This document shows positions 51,101 through 62,700 of a stretch of 64,000 bases of DNA, piece by piece. The stretch comes from Macrostomum hystrix (taxonomy: Eukaryota; Animalia; Platyhelminthes): contig CATNEN010000029.1 in NCBI GenBank assembly GCA_950097015.1, positions 5,890,001 through 5,954,000 of the forward strand, given 5' to 3'. The position numbers and the translations under genes were made by a program. The notes under the pieces were generated by a model that was not told the origin of the DNA, searched no databases, and worked only from the letters and a program-made list of their open reading frames with translations. Within the stretch, counting starts at the first letter, position 1; each line of letters opens with the position of its first letter.

Positions 51101-52057
51101 GATGAGGAGGCAAGTGCGTCTCCACCATCAAAGCGTTCGCTGTCAATCATTGCCGAGAAGAAAAAGGTTGACAGCCTTAGAAAAGCTGCAATGGCTAATT
51201 CTGCATCTGCTGCCTCTACGGCTGCTGCTCTGCCAATGACCCCAAGTTTCGAGAACCATCCTGAAGCCATCAGGATATCAATGTCGCCATCGTCGGTCAT
51301 AACCTGTAGAAACACGTCAGCCTCAAGTGCAACGTCTGATTCGACTGTTAGGTCTACCAACGAAGGCATTGTGATACCGCAAAAGGATTTTGTGAATTTG
51401 GTTAATGGAATTAACACTCTCGTCCAGCAGACCAAGATGTCAAACAAACTTCTTCGCGAGATTGCTCAAAATGTGAGCCCGGCAACTGAGCCAGTTACGG
51501 GGTTAAATCTTCTTTCTTCGCGAGGCGGCCACTTCTGCATTGATGACATTTCAGCTGAGACACCGACACAGTTTGCCCTCCAAGTGGTAGACAGAATGAA
51601 GGGACAAAGCTTTATCCCCCGTCATCGGTTCGAACAGAAGCTCCAAGAAGGATCTAATCTGGAAAATGCTGACGAAACTCTAATCAAAGACTTAAAAGGT
51701 AGGTTGTTTTGTTTCTTTAAAAATATTTTTTTCTGGCAAATGTATCAATTTATCATCAGTGTTGTTATAATATATTTGCATAGTGCGCAGTCATTCATGG
51801 GTTGCTCCTTGTGCTTTGCCTTGGCATTCTTTTTCGTTAAAACGTAAAAGTAATAACCCAGAGAAAGTTTTATCACACTTCTCATTATTTCCATGTACCT
51901 ACTATTTTAAGCTGCTCTCCGTGCGCGGTTCGGCTCAAGTCATTGGCGTTCTGTGCGGCTGGCTCTCAACCAGGCATCCCGAGATCGCGCTGCGAAGCTA
52001 GCGCGTATACAGCGTCATCTTAATGAGACTGGAGACCAATCTAATTCTGTTGAATAA
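48127..52057 (+). CDS. Transposon accessory protein (432 aa) with BEN-like C-terminus; exons 48127-48336, 50756-51698, 51912-52057
   Basis: GT-AG introns with matching phases (0 and 1) give one open frame: acidic/Ser-rich middle, a coiled-coil-like segment, then TPTQFALQVVDRM...ADETLIKDLKAALRARFGSSHWRSVRLALNQASRD, resembling a BEN helical domain. Exon 1 is the least certain. Confidence 0.7.
48849..49509. mobile_element. TA-flanked MITE, copy 2, nested in intron 1 of the EnSpm accessory gene
   Basis: Same TIRs and TA flanks as 30268-30898; colinear interior with several short insertions. Confidence 0.88.
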
Positions 52058-53235
52058 GCGAGGGATTGAACATTAGTTATTTGTCGATGTTGCTGGACTG
52101 TAAGGCAATAATATATATTATGTACACGCACCTAAGTAACTGGTAGGCGGATTATACGCTAATTAGTTTGCTAGACTAGAAGATATGCTCTGCGTATAAC
52201 CTTAATTTATGACTCTGAGGGAATGGCAAGTAGTTTATTTGGCTGCATTATTGCGCCACACAATGACCTCATAATGCAGTAAGAGTGAAGCAAGAGAAGC
52301 GTAGCGAGAGTCTCGCCGTCGCCTGCACTTCCATTATATTTGTTTATATAAATATTGGTTTCATACACGAAGACCGAATAGTTGTGAGCTATAGCAACCT
52401 TTTAGTGTCTCTCTGCGTCCTTCCAGAATTTTTAGGGAGAGAGATGTTTTGCTCTGGCAAAATCTGTTTTTGGACGTATCCCATCGCCAGGTCCTACTGC
52501 AACTTTGATCTCTGTAGCCTCAATGACTCTTCTTCTCTTCTTGTCGAATTAAGTCTGTTATTTAGAATTGTTTGTTTGAAAAAATTGCAAGTGCAAAATG
52601 TGTTTTAACGCTTGTGGGCGATTTTTTTCTGTAAACGTTTGCTGGTATAGCCTATTTTTTAATGCATAGTTTAACTATGCCAAATATGTATTTGCTGGAA
52701 TTTAAATCAATAATTCTAGCTAGCACATTTTTATGTAGCAACGAATTGTTGTAACTTATAACAGCAACAAGCTTAAGCAAGTACATTTGAGAAGGATTTG
52801 CGAATTGCTATTCTTTGCAGCCCAACTTCTGTAGGCGCGTACGATTACACGACATGCTCTATGTAATTCGTGAAAAATAAACTGTCACTGCATTCGGCTA
52901 CTGCAGAGTTCCTTTGCTGTCTTTGTTTAGCTTCTTGTCAACTATAACTATGCAGCCTTCATCCGTGGCCTCGCAAGTTCGCCAATAGTCATAGCTATAA
53001 ATATCAGTAACTTGAAAGTATTCTATCTAGCATTACACAATACGCATTCTCCTTTTCTAGGCTGCTAAAGTTTATGTACAAAACTCGAAATAGATAATAG
53101 TAAATTTTGAGCAGCACTCCCTAAGCTCATAAAGATTGCTTATATTATATTGCTTCATTTCATTGCATCATATTGCTTATAAAGATTGAATGAGTTCTTT
53201 TTTAAAGCCATCAAATTCACTATAAAACTTTTCAG

Positions 53236-55515
53236 GCGCAACGTCTCCGCTTCCAAAAGCGATATGCGGACACAAGAATCAAGTCACACCGTGTAGTTCG
53301 TGCTGCAGAGTTTGATTGCGATGCTTCGTCAAATGAAGTATCTTCTCTATCTGATACCGAAGACTTTGAATCTGGAGACAAGGATGTCAATCATACGATT
53401 CCATGCAGAATCAATGCGCACCAACTCCGAACTGCAATATCCTCAGCAGCAGCTGACGTTGAAACCGTGGGTGCGAGTTCTGATATTCCAGAAGCCAATG
53501 ACGATTTACACCCTGCTCAGCAGCTGCTTGAAAGCACCACCAAACTGGAGAAAGCAAGTTGCTTCATGTATTACAAGCTTCTCAACAACTCGACTGATGT
53601 TGCACTTGAACAGTTTTTAAAAATTGCGAGTTTGTATGGCGCCTCCGTTCCTCGTACTGTCAGAACACTCAAGAGCATTATCAAAGAAGGGATTGAAGAC
53701 TGGACTAAGTGGATTTCGGTGTATAGAATTTGTATTCACTGTTCAGAGTTTGAAGCTGACTGTCGTTGCGAGGGAGGCGAAGCTGGCGTTTACCATCAGA
53801 TCGAAATAATCAAGCAGCTCCGTCTTCTGCTCGAATGCTATCATGAGGACATTGAAGCCCACTTTGAAAAGATGAAACGTGGCTTTCGTGATGTATTGAC
53901 AGACAGTGTTTCTAATGGCAAAGGCCCATTCGAAATTCAGTTGGTTATTAACGCAGATGGTGCCTGCTTCTACAGCTCTAAAACTGACAGCATGTGGCCA
54001 ATTCAGTGCTCAGTATTGAACATGGGTCCATTGCTGCGACAGTCTGCCAAAACGTCAATTTTGTTTGGCCTTTGGTCTGGGCCCTGCAAGCCAAAATGGG
54101 AAAGGGTCATGGCCCTTGCGCTGCAGCAATTTCCTATTGAAGGACAATTCCTTGGCAGAAACAACGAACCTAGATTTTTTAGTGTCAGCATTACCTATTG
54201 TGTTTGCGACCTTCCAGCGCTCGCATCCATCCTTAGTATTAACCAATTTAACGGCTACTTTGCGTGCCCAAAGTGCTACGAGCCTGGTGAGGTCGTGAAG
54301 TCTGACAAAGGTGGGAACGTCATGATCTACGCTATTGATGCTGACAATCTATGTACCATTCGAAGCCGTGAAGAATTCGAACAACATGGCAGGATTTCGG
54401 CTAGTAGTGGCAACAACACCGTCTATGGACTCCGAGGCAGCTCTGTGCTTCAAAATTTTATGAGTCCACCTGAATGCATTCTTCTGGACACGATGCACCT
54501 TTTGTTGGAAGGAGTGCTCAAGAAAATATTGAAGTTCGTGGTATCTGAGAAGATTGGCCGGCATGCGTTTAAAGCTATCAACATTTTTTTATCCAATCTT
54601 TCAGTCCCTCATGACATGGAAAGATTTAAGAAACTCGACGAATCTCTTGCGAACTGGAAAGCGCATGATTTGCGAAACTTCGGTCTCTACGCTATGATCC
54701 CAGTTTTAACACCTTACCTTGAACATTCAATGTGCAGATTGCTGACGTATCTAACAGTTTTACTTAACTGCCTCTACACGGCTGGGACTGCTGAGCAACT
54801 TACACTTGCAACAAAGGCGTTTCTGGATTGTATGTCAAAAACTTGTCCCATTACATTCCGGACATTAAATGCGCACCTTTTGCTTCATTTACCTTATCAA
54901 GTGCAGAGATGCGGAAGCATCGCAAACACATCTATGTTTGCGTTTGAAGGTCGTATGTCACTTCTTAAGAGATTCATTAAAGGGACTGTGGACCATCCAA
55001 AGCAAATTGCTGAAAAATTTTGTCTTCTCAAGCTGCTTGATTGGTTTTTCATCAAAAGTCCTCGAGCGGCTCAAACATTTCAGTTTATTCAAGGAAGAAA
55101 GGCGAGCCGAGGCCGATCACGCCGGACACCTGAATCAATGAAGATTAATGGCATCTCTTTTCACAGTATCAGCAATAAGCGCAAAGGTTCATCTGTCAGT
55201 TATATCTGCGAGTATCAGCAGCCCGATTCGAACGCGAGATGCTTTGGCACGATTCTAAAGTTTGAATCCGAAACGGTCGCTACAGTTGCTCCTCTCCCCA
55301 AAGCGACACATTTTCAGACGCATTTCAACATGTGCACTGATGTGCCGCTAATCGATCTGTTCGTTCTCGAGCGGGATCGACAAGATGTCCCGATCTCTGA
55401 GGACCAGTTAAAGGTCGACTGCAGATATCTACGCCGAAAGTGTGTACTAATCCCTTTGGCGAACTCGAACATTACTTTTGTCGCACCTATTTTGCTACTA
55501 AATGAACATAATTAA
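53236..55515 (+). CDS. EnSpm/Tnp2-like DDE transposase (main exon of 759 codons; first exon uncertain)
   Basis: Frame open from acceptor ttttcag|53236 to stop 55515. Motifs LVINADG..MWPI, CVCDLPALA..QFNGYFACPKC, DTMHLLLEG, WKAHDLRNF, NAHLLLHL, TSMFAFEG are typical of CMC-EnSpm transposases. Confidence 0.88.
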   Translation, partial: AQRLRFQKRYADTRIKSHRVVRAAEFDCDASSNEVSSLSDTEDFESGDKDVNHTIPCRINAHQLRTAISSAAADVETVGASSDIPEANDDLHPAQQLLESTTKLEKASCFMYYKLLNNSTDVALEQFLKIASLYGASVPRTVRTLKSIIKEGIEDWTKWISVYRICIHCSEFEADCRCEGGEAGVYHQIEIIKQLRLLLECYHEDIEAHFEKMKRGFRDVLTDSVSNGKGPFEIQLVINADGACFYSSKTDSMWPIQCSVLNMGPLLRQSAKTSILFGLWSGPCKPKWERVMALALQQFPIEGQFLGRNNEPRFFSVSITYCVCDLPALASILSINQFNGYFACPKCYEPGEVVKSDKGGNVMIYAIDADNLCTIRSREEFEQHGRISASSGNNTVYGLRGSSVLQNFMSPPECILLDTMHLLLEGVLKKILKFVVSEKIGRHAFKAINIFLSNLSVPHDMERFKKLDESLANWKAHDLRNFGLYAMIPVLTPYLEHSMCRLLTYLTVLLNCLYTAGTAEQLTLATKAFLDCMSKTCPITFRTLNAHLLLHLPYQVQRCGSIANTSMFAFEGRMSLLKRFIKGTVDHPKQIAEKFCLLKLLDWFFIKSPRAAQTFQFIQGRKASRGRSRRTPESMKINGISFHSISNKRKGSSVSYICEYQQPDSNARCFGTILKFESETVATVAPLPKATHFQTHFNMCTDVPLIDLFVLERDRQDVPISEDQLKVDCRYLRRKCVLIPLANSNITFVAPILLLNEHN

Positions 55516-55539
55516 ACTGTCATTGCTCATTCCCGTTGC

Positions 55540-56670
55540 GTTGCGTTGCCCATTCATGTAGCATTCACATTGCCTATTCACGTTGCCTATACACACTGCC
55601 CATTCACATTGCCTATTCACGTTGCGTTGCCAATTCATGTAGCATTCACGTTGCCTATTCACGTTGCGTTGCCAATTCATGTAGCATTCACGTTGCCTAT
55701 TCACATTGCCTATTCACGTTGCCTATACACACTGCCCATTCACGTTGCCTATTCACGTTGCGTTGCCAATTCATGTAGCATTCACATTGCCTATTCACGT
55801 TGCCTATTCACATTGCCTATACACGTTGCGTTGCCAATTCATGTAGCATTCACATTGCCTATTCACGTTGCCTATTCACATCGCCTATACACGTTGCGTT
55901 GCCAATTCATGTAGCATTCACATTGCCTATTCACATTGCCTATACACGTTGCGTTGCCAATTCATGTAGCATTCACGTTGCCTATTCACGTTGCGTTGCC
56001 AATTCATGTAGCATTCACGTTGCCAATTCACATTGCCTATTCACGTTGCCTATACACACTGCCCATTCACGTTGCCTATTCACGTTGCGTTGCCAATTCA
56101 TGTAGCATTCACATTGCCTATTCACGTTGCCTATTCACATTGCCTATACACGTTGCGTTGCCAATTCATGTAGCATTCACATTGCCTATTCACGTTGCCT
56201 ATTCACATCGCCTATACACGTTGCGTTGCCAATTCATGTAGCATTCACATTGCCTATTCACGTTGCCTATTCACATTGCCTATACACGTTGCGTTGCCAA
56301 TTCATGTAGCATTCACATTGCCTATTCACGTTGCCTATTCACATTGCCTATACACGTTGCGTTGCCAATTCATGTAGCATTCACATTGCCTATTCACGTT
56401 GCCTATTCACATCGCCTATACACGTTGCGTTGCCAATTCATGTAGCATTCACATTGCCTATTCACGTTGCCTATTCACATTGCCTATACACGTTGCGTTG
56501 CCAATTCATGTAGCATTCACATTGCCTATTCACATTGCCTATACACGTTGCCTATTCACGTTGCGTTGCCAATTCATGTAGCATTCACATTGCCTATTCA
56601 CATTGCCTATACACGTTGCCTATTCACGTTGCGTTGCCAATTCATGTAGCATTCGCATTGCCTATTCACA
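55540..56670. repeat. 68-nt composite array (17-nt subunits) inside the EnSpm element, downstream of the transposase stop
   Basis: ORF starts recur every 68 nt (56127, 56195, 56263...). Confidence 0.93.
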
Positions 56671-57179
56671 TTGCCTATTCCTAAGGCAAGAATTAAAGGA
56701 TTATGGATTAAGATTTAAGGATTATATCGAATTAAGGATCCGTATGAGAACCAATAAGGTTTTAAGCACTTATCGTCTCTTGAAAACTGACTTGCTTTCT
56801 TAATTTGAACGTTCTTCCCAATAATTTAAATAATTCAAAGTGCATGAAAATCGGGATCCGTCACTATAAATTCTTGCAAAAAACTTAACAGATCTTATTG
56901 TATTCTTAAACGATCTTGCCAGATCTGACTACTTTTCTTGTAATATCTTGCCAGATCGGTCAAGAAAACTCAAGTCAGATCTTATACTTTCTTTGCAAAA
57001 AGTGCACGATTTTGTAAGTCAGATATGGCAAGATGGCGAAAGTCATTGTCGACTAGGGTAGCTAATCAATAGCTCTTACTATTAACAATTAGTTGTACCC
57101 GCCCCAAAAACCGAAAATTAATAATCATAAAAACTTATACGAACCGTGCTTACGGTTGATGATAAAAGATTACTTAATA

Positions 57180-57935
57180 TACCATGCTACCCCTCGATAA
57201 ACAATGTGACCCTCTCGGTAAACAATGCTACCCTCCGATAATGTATGCAAGCCAGTTGATAAATCATACTACCCCTTGATAATTCATGATTTTTCATCAA
57301 AATTTTATTCTTTCCCCTTAATTGCATGATTCCCTGTCAATAATTTAGGCTTTCCCCTCCATAATTTATGCTTCTCGATAATTCATGCTTCCCCTTGATG
57401 TAACATTCTTTCCCCTCGATAATTATGCTCCTTCCTCGAAAACTCATGGTACCCCCTCGATAAATCATACGTTTCCCTCAATATATCATGCTTTCCCCTC
57501 GATAACTAATTCTTTCCCTCGATATATCTTGCTTTTTCCTCGAAAATTCATGCTACCCAATCAATAATTTATGTTCTTCTTTAATAATTGCCATTTCGTC
57601 GATGGTACATTCTCTCCATCGATATTTAATGCTCCTTCGTCGACAATTCATGCTTTCCCCTCGATAATTCATATATTTTCCCTCGTTATTTCATGCTTCC
57701 CTGGATAATTTTTGCTTTCCCTCGATAATTCATGCTTTCCCTCGATAATTCATGCTTTCCCTCGTTATTTCATGCTTCCCTGGATAACTTTTGCTTTTCC
57801 TGGATAGTTCACGCTTTTCCGTGGATAATTAATATTTCCTTCTGGATAATTCATGCTTCCACATAGATTAATAATGCTATACCCCGGAAATCTCATGTTT
57901 TTTCCAGGAAATCTCATGCTTTTCCTGGAAATCTA
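57180..57935. repeat. Degenerate ~21-nt repeat related to the 45440-46480 array
   Basis: Recurring GATAATTCATGCTTTCCC motif; both arrays end in CC(T/A)GGAAATCT(C/G)ATG-type units. Confidence 0.7.
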
Positions 57936-59329
57936 ATTCGACCTGCATTCTGCAAAAGCATAAAAGTACTTTACATCGGAGCTAGATGAAAATAAAGTGG
58001 CACAATGATCGAAGTCGAGACAAGGTTTGACAAGATAAAGGCTGCAGTTTTCAGCGAGAGGTCTCGCTAGCATTGAGCATCATAAAAGCCTATAATCATT
58101 GAAATCTGCAATGTACGAGTACATTTTACTTTTTCAAATCAAATCACTCAATCTGCAGCCAAGATACAAATATATAAACGCACGTACGGGTGCTAAAAGC
58201 AGTGACGCAATCCTATTCAATTGAGAGTATCGGCCCTGTTCTGTGCTATACCAATGTACGCGCGGGCTAGAAAAAGCACCGATGCAATCTAATAAAACTG
58301 ACAGTGTCCGGCCCTATTCTAATTTAACCTTGTTTGGCCTCCTAGTGAAAGGAATATGAAAACTCGTTTCTCGAATATTTAAAACCCTTGACATCGAGAC
58401 AGATTAATGAAATTTGATCAGTCTAATCCTTGGATGAATTGGCACTTTTTGGTGAAAACTGGAAAAATGGTGCAAACGGTAGAGCGCCACAACAGTATAT
58501 CAAACTCAGGTCATTTAGTATAGTAGGACTAGCACACTAAGCCCCCTTGGGGGGCACAACTGTTCAGACAGGAAAATCTTGATGATGATAGGACAGTTGA
58601 TTAAAAGTTGCTGTCAAGTGTTTCTACGGGAGTATCGGATCTCAGAGATAGATTTTTCCCTCCTCAGCGTTTCAACATGTACTAATAATTTGCTAATAAT
58701 CTTGAATTGGCAATTGTCTAAAATGGTCTCATTGTCAATCGCTTTTGAGATGATCTCCATCTCAATAATCTTTAATCCGCCTCTCACGCTTTCTCCACCT
58801 GTCAATCCGGCGCGGATTTTTTTAAACGCACCTGGTTGGCTGACGCAACGCAGAAAATTAGCATGGCAGAGAAGCCCCAGCAATCAGTGGAACAATTAGA
58901 CCTAATCCCAACCCAGGGCTGGTCACGCCACAGGGTGTGCGCGAACGCGCTAATTAACGCCATTGTTGGGTGGTGGGGAAAGTCGATAAGCCGGTGGTGG
59001 CTACGCGGGAAGCCAAAAAGAATTTGGCGCAGATTGGAAACGGCGAAAGCCCGTGCTGCCGATTTCTTTTTTGCGAGATTGGAAAGCACCGGGCGCGGTT
59101 GAGCCCTCGCAAAGGTTTCGGGTTAAATGGACTCAAGCTGAGCAGTGAGTTCAGCGAGAGGATGCGGCTAGTCCGGCGCACTGCTCAGTTCAATCTGACT
59201 CTGGTACGGAAGCAACATCAAACTGCCGGACGCCATACAAATATGAAAGCAAGCACATCATCCATTTATGTCCATCTGATCTAATTTAATAGGCCGAAAT
59301 GCTTGGCTTGGTCAGTATCTGGCAGATGG

Positions 59330-59657
59330 AGAGACAGAGCGGTAGATGGAGATACAGAGTGGTAGATAGAGATGCAGAGTGGTAGATAGAGATAAAAAGT
59401 GGTAGATAGAGATACAGAGCTGTAGATAGGGATACAGAGTGGTAGATAGGGATACAGAGTGGTAGATAGGGATACAGAGTGGTAGATAGAGATGCAGAGT
59501 GGTAGATAGAGATGCAGAGTGGTAGATAGAGATAAAAAGTGGTAGATAGAGATGCAGAGTGGTAGATAGAGATACAGAGTTGTAGATAGTGATGCAGAGT
59601 GGTAGATAGAGATAAAAAGTGGTAGATAGAGATGCAGAGTGGTAGATAGAGATGCAT
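59330..59657. repeat. 20-nt minisatellite (AGAGTGGTAGATAGAGATAC)n
   Basis: About 16 copies. Confidence 0.93.
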
Positions 59658-60552
59658 AGCTCTGTCACTGTGTCTATCTTTTACTCTAACCTGAACGTAA
59701 TTTGGACCCAATTAATTTCTTAAACGCCCGAAATTGACCGAAATATGGTCGAATCTACCATAAACTATTTCTGTCATTCCTATCTGTCTATAAGCAGACT
59801 AGCCTATTTTAAATAGCCTACATTGCCGTGAGCATCGATTTCTCATCAATCTCAGACTTGGGCGTCAGTCAATTGAGCTCCTCTGTGGCCAAGCCCCCGA
59901 ATTCGCTGCCAGAGCCAATGACCAATCGCAAGCCACGGCCGTCATGTCACAGCTTGCAGCTTCCCCACTGCTGCGCCGGGGTTGTTGTTGAGTTCGCCAG
60001 TCGACTGAGAATGAAAGTCCCTTTAGTTAGTCGATAAAATCCCAAACCGGGTTAGGCTTTCCTACTCTTTACTCAGGCCAGCGACAGGACCATTTCTGAT
60101 CAGTTTCAACAGCTAGCTCTTGCGGAGTCGCACAGGGATCTCACAGGAATCTTCATCCCAGGTGAGTTAGTGGTAACGCGCCGCCTGCCCTGATACCATA
60201 CTCCACAACGATGCTCAATCGATACATTGGAGCTGTTCTAGCTAGAAATATGGGAGCTTAGTTTAGCAATGGTATTGCCCCAGGTATAAACATCATCGAC
60301 TTCGCCTAGGCGGGCTTATCGGCGGGCTTGTCGTGTCGCAAATAAAATTTATTCATTTAAACTAATTACTATGGGTCGAATGAAGGTTGGGTGTGAGTTA
60401 GCGCATTTCCCGAAGTGAAATATCATAAATTCATTTCTTCTCCTGTGCTGATTGATTAACCAATACATCGGGGATACCTTGAAACTGTTCTCGCCTGTCT
60501 CCAGAGGAAAAATTAATCATGGTTGTTTGAATTTTCCCAACCAATCTACAGG

Positions 60553-61152
60553 ATGACTAGAACGAAGGAAGCCGCAATGGGAATGCGGTCACACCTCATC
60601 ATCGTTCTGTTGATCCTGGCCGCTGCGTGCACTTCAGTGGCAGCTTCAGAGCCAGACATCGAGGACGTTGACTTTAGGGACATCGGTGAATTTGAGAAGC
60701 GAGCTTACGGAAACCCACCGTGGGGAAAGCGAGCCTACGGAAACCCACCGTGGGGAAAGCGAGCCTACGGAAACGTTCCATGGGGAAAGCGAGCCTACGG
60801 AAAATTTCCATGGGGAAAGCGAGCCTACGGAAAATTTCCATGGGGAAAGCGAGCCTACGGAAAATTTCCATGGGGAAAGCGAGCCTACGGAAACCCGCCG
60901 TGGGGAAAGCGAGCCTATGGAAATGTTCCATGGGGAAAGCGAGCCTACGGAAACCCGCCGTGGGGAAAGCGAGCCTATGGAAATGTTCCATGGGGAAAGC
61001 GAGCCTACGGAAACCCGCCGTGGGGAAAGCGAGCCTACGGAAACCCGCCGTGGGGAAAGCGAGCCTACGGAAACCCGCCGTGGGGAAAGCGAGCCTACGG
61101 AAACCCGCCGTGGGGGAAGCGAGCCTATGGAAACCCGCCGTGGGGTAGGTGA
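60553..61152 (+). CDS. Neuropeptide precursor encoding 15 AYGxxPW-amide peptides (9 AYGNPPWa, 3 AYGNVPWa, 3 AYGKFPWa)
   Basis: Hydrophobic signal peptide (SHLIIVLLILAAACTSVAA), acidic spacer, then KR-peptide-G repeats (dibasic cleavage plus amidation Gly) ending GR-stop. Acceptor tctacag| at 60551; upstream donor ccag|gtgagt at 60161 suggests a 5'UTR exon. Start could be 60553, 60577 or 60583. Confidence 0.93.
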   Translation: MTRTKEAAMGMRSHLIIVLLILAAACTSVAASEPDIEDVDFRDIGEFEKRAYGNPPWGKRAYGNPPWGKRAYGNVPWGKRAYGKFPWGKRAYGKFPWGKRAYGKFPWGKRAYGNPPWGKRAYGNVPWGKRAYGNPPWGKRAYGNVPWGKRAYGNPPWGKRAYGNPPWGKRAYGNPPWGKRAYGNPPWGKRAYGNPPWGR

Positions 61153-62363
61153 ACAATAGTTTCCGAATTCAGCTGCATCAGCAAGAGTTCCAGAATGAGC
61201 ACCCATCTACGCGATAAGCTGCAAGTTATACTCGTAACCATCGAACCAAACTTGACTTAACTCTAGCCATGCTTAATTAACCTCACTCAGTTTCAACACT
61301 TTGTGACGAGGTTGAAGGCAGTAAATAAAGTTGTTAATTTAGTAGAGTTATAAACAAGAAGCACTTGACAACAGCTGGTGATAATTATTTCCTGCCTAAA
61401 TGCATCTTTTGTATTCATTTCGTTCGCTCTCTATCTGCAGTTGCAAAAAATATTTAAATGCTAATTTTATTCCGAAAATGGAATATTAACTCCAATAGTT
61501 TATTCTGCAATCTACTGCATGAACTGCATACCAAGTCTGGTTAGAAAAAGCTTTGCGCGAACCCAAGTGGTGGCCACCCTATTAATTAAATTCAACTTGA
61601 TAATATAGTAACGGACCTACTTGGCTAGGCTAGCGCACTTCAGTTCTGATTGGCTCAAAGTTGCTAAGAGTTATAGTTAGCTTGGCACCACCGGGCTCTC
61701 TCAAATGCGAAAGAATTTCTCGCGCGTTTTTAGTCGAATGATTCTTGACAAGCAAGAATTAGTTTGCTTTTTAGAGAGCTCGGTTCCACCTCGGCAAGGG
61801 CTGGGCACAATATAGCCTTCATCTTCATCGCTATAGTATATTCTAGCTAGTCTAATATTTAGCCTTAAGCTTTGCTGAACACATTCTGACATGGGGCCAG
61901 GAAGTCAACCATAGAGAGTCAAAAGCGACATCAGGGAAGGCTTGGACAAGCTATCGATAGCTCTGTGGTAAATGAAACTGGCAAACCTCGGAGCTGAAAA
62001 GGAAGAAGTTTTACAATAAAGTTTTACACTAAATTGACTTGAAGCAATACCCTGTCCCAGATCTAGAGTATACAGTACATTGTTGTAGTTGAATGTCGGT
62101 TTGCAATTCATCAGCAACTGAGTAGAAAGAATGAAAATATTTCTATTTCTGTTCTGTGGTATTTATATACAGATAGCCAGGTTTTTCAGCATCAATTTAT
62201 GACGTCATGGCTATGCAGATATGTATTTATGACTTCATAGACATGCAGCTACGTCATGGCTATAAGGCAATGAAGTTTGTTACAAAGAACTTTGAGTACG
62301 CTCAGTGTACCTGAGTTTCAGGTTTCAACCAATAGTAACATAAAAACTTAAGGCGAGGGGACT

Positions 62364-62700
62364 AAGTGGCGGAGTGTTAACGCGTTAGCCTTTCGCACCA
62401 ATTTCCCTAAACTCGATTCTGAGGCCAGACCACACTCATTTGGTGCGCAGCCGCGGAGAGAAGGCTTGGATGCTTATCGTGCAATTTACGCCCTTGAGGG
62501 CCAACCTCCAAAGCACAGTGTCCACTGCCTAACGATGAGAAAGTCAGGGAAGATGTACACACCTGTGTCAGTGTGCCTGGATACGGTATCTGTGTGCGTG
62601 TGTGCTCAGGAGTCGGCGGAATGGGCAGAATCATCGCTGGCTGCGGGTCGACTATCGCTAAAAGACGTGTCAGTGCCATCAGCCCGCGACTTATCGTTTT
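62364..62700 (+). mobile_element. SINE family A, diverged, with a different 3' end
   Basis: Head TGGCGGAGTGTTAACGCGTTAGCCTTTCGCACC, core CCCTTGAGGGCCAACCTCCAAAGCACAG; homology stops after GGCTGCGGGTC. Confidence 0.75.

Larger units (their letters stand above)
47180..57058 (+). mobile_element. Full-length CMC/EnSpm (CACTA-like) DNA transposon, ~9.9 kb, apparently autonomous
   Basis: TIRs CCCTAGTTGACAAT (47180) and ATTGTCGACTAGGG (ends 57058), 13/14 identical; TA on both flanks; shared subterminal motifs (TAAGATCTGACTT, TAAGATCTGTTA, CAGATC(T/C)GGCAAGA-like) at both ends; encloses the transposase and an accessory gene. Confidence 0.85.

Noticed and set aside
55498-56803. Serial 60-122 aa ORFs after the transposase
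   Set aside because: Artefact of the 68-nt array.
60646-61206. Alternative-frame and antisense ORFs over the neuropeptide gene
   Set aside because: Shadows of the 30-nt coding repeat; only the KR...G frame has a signal peptide and processing logic.
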